Shown here in pieces: positions 44,516-53,652 of a stretch of DNA of 62,136 nucleotides. The stretch is taken from positions 1 to 62,136 of the IMG/VR virus record IMGVR_UViG_3300021197_001167, one strand, 5' to 3'. The notes under the pieces are model-generated. The model did not search any database. It was not told where the DNA came from and saw nothing but the letters and a program-made list of their open reading frames with translations. The stretch comes from a virus. Lineage: Duplodnaviria > Caudoviricetes. Within the stretch, counting starts at the first letter, position 1, and each line of letters opens with the position of its first letter. The translations under genes were made by a program, and so were the position numbers.

Positions 44516-46933
44516 TCAAATTAGATTTTTTGTTCGTGCCTCTTCAAAAGTTGGCGCACCGGAACTTTCTCGTTCTGCGGCACTTAGAGTTTGATTCCAA
44601 GCACCTGCCCATGCGTTCCATGCCTTTGCATAGAGGGAAACTGGTGTCTTAACCAACTTGCGGTTAAGGTAATTTGCGACGACTTCTTCGGACTCAACAG
44701 GAGTCTTTACAGTAGCCTCGACATTGGATGCAACAGGTGTCATCTCCTTGACAGGGGATGCTTCTTCTGCTACTGGCATTTTAGCCTCAAAGGAAGCCAT
44801 GATTGTTTCAATGGTTTCCGAAGGAAGGTCTGCAACGCCTGCAATTCCAAGTTCAGTTGCCTTCTCGACAAGAGCAAGGCGTGCTTCTTCTGCAACCGCT
44901 TTTTCTGCGGCTTCAATAGATTCGAGTTTTGCATCACGCTCTGCAAGAGAAGCCTTTAGTGCTTCAATCTCTGCGGCGTAATCAATAGTTGGTGTTTCCT
45001 CTGCAACAGGTGTCTCAACGACAACCTCTTCTTCGGATGCGATGATAATTTCTTCTTCACTCATGGTAGTAGTCTCCGTTGCGATATTCGGAAGAGACTG
45101 TTGATGACTATTAAAGGATTCTGCGGATTCTGCCATTTTTACCCTTTCGACGGTTTGAATCTTTGCGCCGGAGTATGCAGGGCGATGAACAATTGCGAGA
45201 TGGTCGAAAGTAAAATCAGTCTCGAACTTCATAATCATTCTGCCGTCTTCTGCTTCTATCATTTCATCGGGAACTCCACTGCCACCAATAGAAACTCCAT
45301 AACCTTGTCTTAGCCAAAGTCCGGATTCAAGGGATTCAAACAATTCTTTGCGGTGAACTTCTGCTTTGAATCGAACCTCCCAATTCCCACCCATTTTATC
45401 AACAGTGGTTGCTTCGGTGACAAAACCGACTACTGCTTCGTCAATACCCCCTGTCATATTACGAGTAAATCTACCGTTTTCGGATTTAGGATGATTTAAT
45501 GTTAAATCTGCACCAATCATTTGAGATACTGCAAGGTTTGCCCCTGCTCTTGTAATTTCCCAACCATTCTTGTTTGTTCCTTGATGAAATGCTATTCCGG
45601 AGATTGCAATAATGTATTCGCCAGTGTCGGCTTGAACGACCATGTCATCAACTGTAATTTCAACATCTAATTGAAATGTAGCCTTAACACACTTGCCACC
45701 CTCCATTTTGTAGCCAGTTCTGCAAGAGTTGCTATAACCTCCGCTACCGCCGCCTCCGCCGCCGTAGCCTTCAACTTCTTGTTCTTCTTTAAAATTATGA
45801 CCTTCATGTGCTTTCATGCACTCTTCTTCGGAGTAGCCCATTTCTTGACAACGGCTCATGTATTCATCATGTGTTTCATCATCGTTTGGAGTTGGTTCTG
45901 CCGCTTCAACAGAACCGCATTTGCCACCACAGCCACAACCGCCCATAACTGTTTCCATTCCATCGTCTGTTTTATTAAAGTCTTCATTGCTTTCAACTTT
46001 AGAGCCACTTCGCCATTGATAACAAGACCAATAACCTGCGGTTGTTTTGTCTTTCTTTTCTGCGCAGTTATGCCTATCACGGAATGCTTTGCGTCTTTTT
46101 GGGTCATCACGCTTGATTTCCATGTTGGGGTCGCCAAATCGAACAATAATTACTTTACCTGCGGGATTCTTAACATATACAGCAAACTTCTTTTTTTCTT
46201 TAGGAGTTCGGAATGGTTTGTTTAATTTTACTTTGCGCCCTTGATATTCTGCGCCTGTAAATGCTTCTCCATCCCAATCTTCATAATCCTCGTCAATACT
46301 TGCTCTCGGATGAGATTTAGGCAACAAGTCATTGTCTTGTTTGTAGTTTGGGTTGCTTGGTCTGCCGTTGCGCAGTAAATACAAGAATGCCTTAACCCTT
46401 GCAATACCCCAACCGCCTCTTGACATGTTGGGTGCGTGTGAACGAGAAAATGCGCCTGCGCCTCTGCGATACACAGACTTTAGACGACCCATACTTGCTT
46501 TCGAGCCTTTACCTTTGCTTGAAACCTTTTTATTGTGTTCAGTCATCATTTTGCGCAAACGGGCTTCTGTTTCCTTGCTTACTTTAATACTATTATTAGG
46601 TTTGCTTGCAGAATCCTTTTTATTTTTCTTAGAACCTTTTCTGCGCTCACTTGGTTTAGCAGGGGTCTTGCGTGGGTCGTTTTTCTTTGGTTTTCCGTAT
46701 TGAAGTGCTTCGACTGTTGCGCCTAATTCTTCTTCTGCGTCGGGGTCATTCTTTCGATACCACTTAATAAACTCGTCTTCTGTTTTTGCAGGGGAATACA
46801 ACTTAGTTCCGTCTGCAAGTGTTGATTCATGGATTTCTCCATTAAAACCAATTTCTTGAGATTTTTTCTGCGCACCTTCGGGTGTGCTAAACAAGTAATC
46901 CTCCATTTTAGACTCGATTAACATAGTAATCAT
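44516..46933 (-). CDS. Prohead protease/scaffold polyprotein with basic N-terminal domains
   Basis: SGIAFH..NKNGW, LNHP, GVSIG and HLAIVHRPAY protease motifs; acidic coiled-coil scaffold C-terminus; basic N-terminal modules. Confidence 0.8.
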   Translation of the reverse strand: MITMLIESKMEDYLFSTPEGAQKKSQEIGFNGEIHESTLADGTKLYSPAKTEDEFIKWYRKNDPDAEEELGATVEALQYGKPKKNDPRKTPAKPSERRKGSKKNKKDSASKPNNSIKVSKETEARLRKMMTEHNKKVSSKGKGSKASMGRLKSVYRRGAGAFSRSHAPNMSRGGWGIARVKAFLYLLRNGRPSNPNYKQDNDLLPKSHPRASIDEDYEDWDGEAFTGAEYQGRKVKLNKPFRTPKEKKKFAVYVKNPAGKVIIVRFGDPNMEIKRDDPKRRKAFRDRHNCAEKKDKTTAGYWSCYQWRSGSKVESNEDFNKTDDGMETVMGGCGCGGKCGSVEAAEPTPNDDETHDEYMSRCQEMGYSEEECMKAHEGHNFKEEQEVEGYGGGGGGSGGYSNSCRTGYKMEGGKCVKATFQLDVEITVDDMVVQADTGEYIIAISGIAFHQGTNKNGWEITRAGANLAVSQMIGADLTLNHPKSENGRFTRNMTGGIDEAVVGFVTEATTVDKMGGNWEVRFKAEVHRKELFESLESGLWLRQGYGVSIGGSGVPDEMIEAEDGRMIMKFETDFTFDHLAIVHRPAYSGAKIQTVERVKMAESAESFNSHQQSLPNIATETTTMSEEEIIIASEEEVVVETPVAEETPTIDYAAEIEALKASLAERDAKLESIEAAEKAVAEEARLALVEKATELGIAGVADLPSETIETIMASFEAKMPVAEEASPVKEMTPVASNVEATVKTPVESEEVVANYLNRKLVKTPVSLYAKAWNAWAGAWNQTLSAAERESSGAPTFEEARTKNLI

Positions 46934-47352
46934 GCCTTTTTCTTAGAATCCATTACTTCGCTGTGCGCATTTCGTATTTTATCCATTTCTTGACTGTGCG
47001 CCTGCGCAGAAGTCTTCATTTCATTGATATGGTTTTGCGCAATTCTTTCAAGTTCAATTTTATGGTCTTTTTCTGCGGAATCACGCTCTCGTTGATGCTT
47101 TAGTTCAGTGGGGATATTATCAACTTCTTGGGTTTGTTCGGACTCCCACATGCGCAGAACTGTTGAAAGTGCTGGCCCTGCAACACCGCCAATGATAGCA
47201 ATAAGTGCAATAAATCCATCGAGATTTTGTAAAACTACATCGGGTTTCCAAATACCCATGCCGACTACTGCACCACAAGCAAGCAACCATAGGTAAATTG
47301 CAGGTTTTACGGTCGATGAAACCATTTTGTCGTTAAAGGACTTCCCACTCAT
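46930..47352 (-). CDS. Membrane protein (two TM helices; holin-like candidate)
   Basis: Two hydrophobic segments and a charged C-terminus; TTGATAAA 31 nt upstream of ATG 47352. Confidence 0.55.
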   Translation of the reverse strand: MSGKSFNDKMVSSTVKPAIYLWLLACGAVVGMGIWKPDVVLQNLDGFIALIAIIGGVAGPALSTVLRMWESEQTQEVDNIPTELKHQRERDSAEKDHKIELERIAQNHINEMKTSAQAHSQEMDKIRNAHSEVMDSKKKA

Positions 47353-47401
47353 GGTATTTACCACAGTTCAAGTGTTTTATCAATCCTTTTATCAAACAGA
47401 C

Positions 47402-47647
47402 TTACATGGCTGATGTGCCGGTGAGAACAATACTGATAATACCAATACCCGCAAACATAACTTTGCGCAGTAAATCAAACCCTTCTTTAAGAACTTGATT
47501 TTGAACTTTTAACTCGCCTTCAAGACCTGCAAGGCGTGCGTCTGTTCGAGTTTGTGCTTTTACAATTTGCGCAGAAAGTTGTTTTAAGTCTCGAACATCT
47601 TCTTCTACTGCGTCAAGTCGAAATCCGAGAACATCGTTTGCCATCAC
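47402..47647 (-). CDS. Coiled-coil protein with a C-terminal TM helix
   Basis: Heptad repeat followed by VMFAGIGIISIVLTG. Confidence 0.65.
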   Translation of the reverse strand: MMANDVLGFRLDAVEEDVRDLKQLSAQIVKAQTRTDARLAGLEGELKVQNQVLKEGFDLLRKVMFAGIGIISIVLTGTSAM

Positions 47648-49059
47648 ATTTCACCTTCTCTTGGCATGTCTTCTTCTTCATCCCGTTCTTCTACTGGTTC
47701 TTCTTCGGGTGTTTCGGTGACTGTTGGTGCGTCTTTGCGCACATCGCCATTTTCTTCTTCGGGTAATGCTACGATGTCAAGTGCTTGATTTAATGAAAGA
47801 ACCCCATTGCTATAACCTAATGTTGCTCTGCGCATTTTGTCAAGGCGTGTTTCTTCATCAACCGGCTCAAATGTCAATACTGGCAAGTCTCTTTTTGCGT
47901 GGTCGATACCCAACAACTCTAAGTGCGCACTAAATAGTGCGTTCACTGATTGCTTGAGAATACTTTGTATGCGTCGAATTGCATTGCTTGCCCAAAGGTT
48001 TGCAGTGTATGATGCTGCAAAGGTTGAACCTTTCTCTTGACCTGCCGCAGTGCGTGGCACTTGCAGAACTGCCGCAATGTCTGCATTAACATTGTCAAGG
48101 AATCCGGAACTATCCGGCAAAGCGGTTCTTTGGTCGATGTGTTTAATGTTCACATAATCGGGGAAAATTGGCACTTGGTCGCCTCTTAAGGACTCCATAG
48201 TGCTGATGACTTGATTCATAATGAAAAGCAAACGCTCTCTTTGCTCGTCGGGATTTTGAATATGCTTAACTGCATCCATGTCAATACTAATGTATTGTTT
48301 TGTCATTGCGTCTTCGAGAGCAATGCGGTTATTCATACTGTTGTATTTTGCCCTTATAGCCTGCTTGAGAGCCGTGAAACGGGATGCACCCCATATACCG
48401 TAAGTTGTGCGTGTTTCGTTGTCAATAAACCAATTAGAACGGTAATCCATGCGAACATGCAATATCTCATCGGCGGGGAACTCTTGCATAGTTGTTTCTC
48501 CTTCACGCAAAAAGTATCTTTCAACTCTAATGACAGGGTCGTTGTCATCTGCTGTTGCGCTTCTGTTTCTATCATCGAGCATTGTAATTTGAGATACTGG
48601 CAGACTTTCTACATTCGTAATACCATCTTTACCAGTTCCGACCAGTTTGCTAATGTCATTGCCATAAACCATGAGGTTGCGCATAGCGTTAATGAGAATG
48701 TCGTCAAAATCTATGTTATCAACAAGGTTTTGCAATGCAGTTCTTATGCGTGCGTTGCGTGCAGAACTCCAATTGATAGTGTAGTTATTTGCAGTTAAGG
48801 ACACTGCTCGGACTGCACCGTTAAGTTCGGGGTCAAGTTTAAGCATTTCATCAAATAAATAAAAATCATTAGAGAAGTTGCTGTCGTCACGCAACTTATT
48901 GGTTTCTGTGACTACATCTTTAATGCCTGCCATCATGGTAAATGGACTTCGATGACCGACGCTGTGGCGCAAATCATCATTTTGAATGCCAATAACGGCT
49001 TTCGGCGCAGTGTTTTCTGCCTTTTTCCCGATGTTGCCAAAGAAAGGAATACGAGCCAT
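47644..49059 (-). CDS. Portal protein
   Basis: DPELNGAV, LMVYGN, EILHVR, WGAS and IAAVLQVP motifs; size and position; TTTATG 30 nt upstream of ATG 49059. Confidence 0.85.
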   Translation of the reverse strand: MARIPFFGNIGKKAENTAPKAVIGIQNDDLRHSVGHRSPFTMMAGIKDVVTETNKLRDDSNFSNDFYLFDEMLKLDPELNGAVRAVSLTANNYTINWSSARNARIRTALQNLVDNIDFDDILINAMRNLMVYGNDISKLVGTGKDGITNVESLPVSQITMLDDRNRSATADDNDPVIRVERYFLREGETTMQEFPADEILHVRMDYRSNWFIDNETRTTYGIWGASRFTALKQAIRAKYNSMNNRIALEDAMTKQYISIDMDAVKHIQNPDEQRERLLFIMNQVISTMESLRGDQVPIFPDYVNIKHIDQRTALPDSSGFLDNVNADIAAVLQVPRTAAGQEKGSTFAASYTANLWASNAIRRIQSILKQSVNALFSAHLELLGIDHAKRDLPVLTFEPVDEETRLDKMRRATLGYSNGVLSLNQALDIVALPEEENGDVRKDAPTVTETPEEEPVEERDEEEDMPREGEM

Positions 49060-49240
49060 GTTCTGTCTTATGAAGGGTTGCTTCATAAAGGTATGCCCGA
49101 AGAAGCGTAATAAAACATCACATAACATGCTGTATTATGAATACTTTCGCAGAAGTCTTTGCAAAAGGCGGAGTGACACTTATTATTCTTGAAATACTGT
49201 GGTGGCTTCTTGTCCTCATATTTATTCTTTCAAGGCGTAA

Positions 49241-49433
49241 GAAGAAATTAAAAAAGAATAAATGGGCTTAAGTGCAACGGTTTCGGGTTATTCTTTTAAT
49301 TACTCTTAAGGTGTGTAAGAATTATTCTTACAGAATAATCCGCCCTTTTATCTAAATGTCTTAGAAGAAATAAAAGAATAAAGTCAAGTTGCTTTCAGTG
49401 CAACGATTATTTCTTTATTTATTTTGTCAATGA
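49241..49433. repeat. AT-rich dyad element B at the transcription divergence point (candidate origin/regulatory hub)
   Basis: Two AAAGAATAA...TTATT(T)CTTT units, each enclosing AGTGCAACG; central palindrome TGTAAGAA-TTA-TTCTTACA (49314-49332); inverted homolog of 4560-4749. Confidence 0.75.
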
Positions 49434-49492
49434 CTCAAAAAGAATTAAATTAGTGCAAGCCTTTAAGTGGCAAGCCCATAGTAGAATGTTTA

Positions 49493-50719
49493 ATGAGCGA
49501 AGTCGAGTATCACGATGTAGTCAAGTCCGAAATTGAACATTATAATGGTAATATGGCGCATTTTTCTCGCCACATGGCAAAGGTTATGCCCGAACTTACA
49601 TCTGAAAGTCACCGATGGCGTTTGCGTATGCTAAAACAACACATGGGCGACATTTTTCCTGTTCTTGAAAGTGTTGATTACAATGCAGAAATACCAAAAC
49701 AATTTGACGGAACTCAAGCACAGTTAATACGCATTATGCAAAAGCGATTTCCCGAAATCTCAAAAGCAGGTTGGGAGTCAAGAGTGCGTGCGGCATGGGC
49801 GAGAGAAGCAGTCACTCGAACAGAAACACCTCATTTTATTGTTGAACACTTGAAAAAGAAGTCAAGTAGCCAAGAAGACCTATGGAATGCTATTGAAGAA
49901 CGCTCAAAGGCGGCAATTCTCGCTAATGAAGATGCTCGTTGGGCTACATTTCACATGAAATCCGATAAGCGATACATAGGTATTGCGTTTCAAAGCGACC
50001 AACACATCGGCAATCCATTCTGCGACCATGAAAGGTTGCGTGAAGACACAGAAGCAATTGAAAGACACCCCGAATGCTATGTTATACACGCAGGCGACTA
50101 TATCGACAACTTTATGATTGACAAACCTCGCCCTGCAATGAAAGCACCTATTCCTCCTTCTATCCAGTGGCAGTTGTGCGAACACTACATTAACATGAGT
50201 CCTAATTCACTTATGGCAATTGTTGCGGGCAATCACGACCTTTGGACTGCGGGCGCAACAGATTATGACCCTCTAAAGCGTCTTGCTCAAGACAGAGGCG
50301 TTTTGTATCACCCGTATGAGTTAAACCTAAAGGTTATTCATGGCGACATTCCTTATCACCTTAGTATTCGACACAAGCGAAGAGGTAATTCAAACCTTGA
50401 CCCAAGCCGTGTAATTAAGAAAATGTGGGATGACGGAGAATGCGACTTTGATATTGGAGTTATCGGGCATCATCACACACCTTCTGTTGTTCCCTTTACT
50501 CGTCATGCAGTTGAGCGTTGGGCTTTAAGGCCGGGGGCTTACAAGACAATCGACAGTTTCGGTGAAATGTGCGGTTTTCCGAGAGAACGCCCAACATCAC
50601 CTATTGTTATCCTTGATTCTCAAACAAGAGATATTCAAGCATTTACAGACCTTAGACATGGGTTGCGATTACTCAACACACTGAATGGGAGAGATGTTAA
50701 TGCCTTTGTGGATGAGTAA
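49493..50719 (+). CDS. Calcineurin-like metallophosphoesterase with an N-terminal helical extension
   Basis: SDQHIG, GDYID, GNHD, RH and GHHH motifs. Confidence 0.88.
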   Translation: MSEVEYHDVVKSEIEHYNGNMAHFSRHMAKVMPELTSESHRWRLRMLKQHMGDIFPVLESVDYNAEIPKQFDGTQAQLIRIMQKRFPEISKAGWESRVRAAWAREAVTRTETPHFIVEHLKKKSSSQEDLWNAIEERSKAAILANEDARWATFHMKSDKRYIGIAFQSDQHIGNPFCDHERLREDTEAIERHPECYVIHAGDYIDNFMIDKPRPAMKAPIPPSIQWQLCEHYINMSPNSLMAIVAGNHDLWTAGATDYDPLKRLAQDRGVLYHPYELNLKVIHGDIPYHLSIRHKRRGNSNLDPSRVIKKMWDDGECDFDIGVIGHHHTPSVVPFTRHAVERWALRPGAYKTIDSFGEMCGFPRERPTSPIVILDSQTRDIQAFTDLRHGLRLLNTLNGRDVNAFVDE

Positions 50720-50924
50720 GGATAAAGAAGTCCGAATTGCCGATATGGGCGAAGACTTCGTCGCAATAAACATTTTTAGTGAAGAATATGTCGTTGGTGT
50801 TATGCTTGAAAGAGAAGAAATTGAAAAACTTGTTCTTGCTATGGCAGAATACTGCGGAATTGGTCTTTTTGGAAAAAACGGAGATGGTCTAAATGGTTCG
50901 TTTAATGACAACCTTTCATCTTGA
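50712..50924 (+). CDS. Small hypothetical protein
   Basis: Coupled ORF between the phosphoesterase and TerL genes. Confidence 0.55.
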   Translation: MSKDKEVRIADMGEDFVAINIFSEEYVVGVMLEREEIEKLVLAMAEYCGIGLFGKNGDGLNGSFNDNLSS

Positions 50925-52383
50925 GCGTAGTAGATTTGATATACGCCATTTTTATGAATGGCTCGGCTACAATTGGGGTGAACACATTGGAACATGGCTT
51001 GACATGTATGGAGACAGAAGAGATAAACAAGTTCACCGTGTTTGTATTATTGCACCGAGAGACCATTCAAAGTCCACTACACTTAGGGTAAAAATCCTTC
51101 ATCAACTGCTTTTTGAAAAGTGGCGTGGAAAACCCTTTACTATTTGGCTATTTTCCGCAAATAAAGACCTTGCAATGAACCGTTTAGATGAAATCCGTCA
51201 AGACTTAAAAAGGCATCCCGAACTTTCTAAAAAAATCGACACTACTAAGGGCAATCGTTTTGAACTCCGTTTGACAAATGGTGCTTGGATTAAGGCAACA
51301 TCAGTCGGGTCGGGTATTCGTGGTGAACACCCCGCCGCAATTGCACTTGATGATATAATAGACGACCAAAACGACATGTCCTATGATAACTACCAACAGT
51401 GGTTTAGGAAAAAATTAACTCCGATGTTGTCTCCTAAGACTTCGCTTTACTGCGTAGGAACTCCTATGAGTATGAATGACCTTTACCATACAGAAATGTT
51501 AAACAATGATGCTTGGGACACATGGCAAGAAGGCGCAATAACAAATTATGATGAGTGGCGCAATGACCCCGACATTAAACCTGTTTGCTTATGGCCTTCG
51601 GAACGCCCACTTGAGTTTCTTATGGAACAACGAGAAGCAATTGGCGAACTGGCTTTTGCGCAAGAATATCTGTGTAAGGTAGTCGATGATGATAGCGCAG
51701 TATTCCCTCAAACACTTACACGCAAAAATCTAAGCATGGATGCAGTCTTGCAAAAGAAAAAATTGTATAACGGCGAGTATGTTGTAGGTTTTGACCCATC
51801 ACACGGTATCGGACAAGACTATACAGTAGCAGTAGTAGTTCGACAAGACGAAGAAGGCTTTATTCACATTGTAGATATGTGGAGGCGCAACGATTTCCCC
51901 CCTGCAAAGCAAATACAGAAGATTGCAGACTTAGATGAGGCATTTAAACACCCTGTATTCGCATTTGAGAGCGCAGGGTTTCAAAATCTGTATCAATCGC
52001 TCATAAATCAACATGGTTTAACGCTAAACCTTAAAATGAGCAAGGTATCAAACAAAACACTTAAGCAAGGCTTGTTAAATCGCCTTAGAGTGTGGTTTGA
52101 ACAAGAAAAAGTCATAATCCCCTATGGAAACGACGCTACAAGAATGACTATGAGCATACTACTGGATGAATTAGAGTCTCATGCGTGGAAAGACGGCGAT
52201 ATAGTCGATAAAGGCAAGCATAACGACACTGTAATGGCCTTAGCGCACGCCATAGACCAAATAAAGTCATCAACAAGTGGCGGTTTAGCCATGACAACAG
52301 GTGCTTTAGACGCTTCACAGTGGAATACAGCCAAAAAAACAAAACATTTAAGAAGAAATGGTAGATTTATACCGTTTTTTTAG
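50893..52383 (+). CDS. terL: Terminase large subunit
   Basis: APRDHSKST (Walker A), ALDD (Walker B), GTP, FAQEY; nuclease motifs GFDPS and HNDTVMA. Confidence 0.95.
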   Translation: MVRLMTTFHLERSRFDIRHFYEWLGYNWGEHIGTWLDMYGDRRDKQVHRVCIIAPRDHSKSTTLRVKILHQLLFEKWRGKPFTIWLFSANKDLAMNRLDEIRQDLKRHPELSKKIDTTKGNRFELRLTNGAWIKATSVGSGIRGEHPAAIALDDIIDDQNDMSYDNYQQWFRKKLTPMLSPKTSLYCVGTPMSMNDLYHTEMLNNDAWDTWQEGAITNYDEWRNDPDIKPVCLWPSERPLEFLMEQREAIGELAFAQEYLCKVVDDDSAVFPQTLTRKNLSMDAVLQKKKLYNGEYVVGFDPSHGIGQDYTVAVVVRQDEEGFIHIVDMWRRNDFPPAKQIQKIADLDEAFKHPVFAFESAGFQNLYQSLINQHGLTLNLKMSKVSNKTLKQGLLNRLRVWFEQEKVIIPYGNDATRMTMSILLDELESHAWKDGDIVDKGKHNDTVMALAHAIDQIKSSTSGGLAMTTGALDASQWNTAKKTKHLRRNGRFIPFF

Positions 52384-52634
52384 GTTTATAAGCCTAATTT
52401 GAGAAAAATACGGGTAATTTTTTGAGGTGGTTGGCGTGTGCGGGGCGGCGACAGCGCACTGTTTTTGGCGCAAAATCAGCGCACTATATAGCCCTATTTA
52501 GAAAATCGAACAGGCTCGCAGTGTTGCGTTTTTGACCCTTCTGCGCACTATTTTTCGAGTTGAAATGAGGGTTTCTATTGAGTTCTATTGATAATTAGTG
52601 TGTGCATGCCCAAAAAAAGTGCCATCTGAAAAAT

Positions 52635-53565
52635 CTAAACGATTGACTGAAAGCCTATACTGCGCAGACTAATGAACCTCAAGTTAAGTAGTGCCACCCC
52701 TATTCGATGCACTGCGCTGTTGTTTGCCATCGGAAATGTTTGCTTTTGTGTGTTGGTTGGCTCTCTGCGCTGTATCTATTCGATGCACTGAAAGCCTGTT
52801 GATGTTGCCATAGGCTCGCAGTGTCCTCTTTTTGAAGTGATAATTCAACACTCATCCAATTAGTGCGCAGAGAACGAAAACCGATGCACTGCGCCCCACT
52901 TGGTTGCCTTGTTGAACTGATTCTATCAAATATCAGCACATTATGCCGGTTTCCGGAAACAATGCGCCGAATAAAGGATATGAGAAAAGTTGCGCAAAGA
53001 GAGGGCTAAACGGTGGACTGAACGGCTGTTATGGTGGTTTGAGTGGGTCAATTTTCCAGATTTCGGACTTACATAATACGGTAAAACAAGGCTCTAAACG
53101 ACGCACTGCGAAGCCGACACTACTTCAAAACCGATGCACTGCGCCAAAAACGATGCACTGCTCGACCGATGGCCTCTGTCGGGTCTGTTTTGGGCGGAGG
53201 TTTCCCTCGCAATAATGGGGCGCAGTGTGTCGATTGTGGGGTGATTTCCGGTTTTCGGAGTGAGTCGCCACATTTCGCCGTTTGTCGGATTGTCTGCGCC
53301 GAAATCCGGCGTTTGCTGAAATGGGCTATTTCCCTAAACGATGCACTGCGAGGCTGTTCACTCTCTAAACGATAGACTGCGAAGCGGGCTTGCAGTGTGC
53401 CTTTTAGGGTTGTGCGCTCACTATATGAGAAGAGACACCGCCGCAGTGTGCCATTTAGGATTCCTAAACGATAGACTGAAAGCCTGCGCATTTGCTCTGA
53501 TTGGGTGATTCAAAACCGTTGCACTGCAAGACTGCGCAGAGTGCTAAACGATAGACTGCGAGGCT
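52635..53565. repeat. Iteron-like dispersed repeat field, approximately CTAAACGAT(GC/AG)ACTG(CGA/AA)AGC
   Basis: Direct copies start near 52635, 52700, 52776, 52876, 53094, 53126, 53145, 53334, 53365, 53464, 53511 and 53544; partial inverted copies (GGCT(C/T)GCAGTG) near 52512, 52812 and 53387. Confidence 0.85.
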
Positions 53566-53652
53566 GTTGTGTGCTACTGGAAAAGTGGTGTAAAAAATAA
53601 ACCGTTGTGCGTCAAGGTTTAGTATATGAGAATAACCCGTTCTTGAACGCTG

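Noticed and set aside
52635-53565. CRISPR mini-array
   Set aside because: Repeats are degenerate, occur in both orientations and are spaced irregularly (about 20-220 bp). The only Cas-like gene is a distant solo Cas4-like nuclease.
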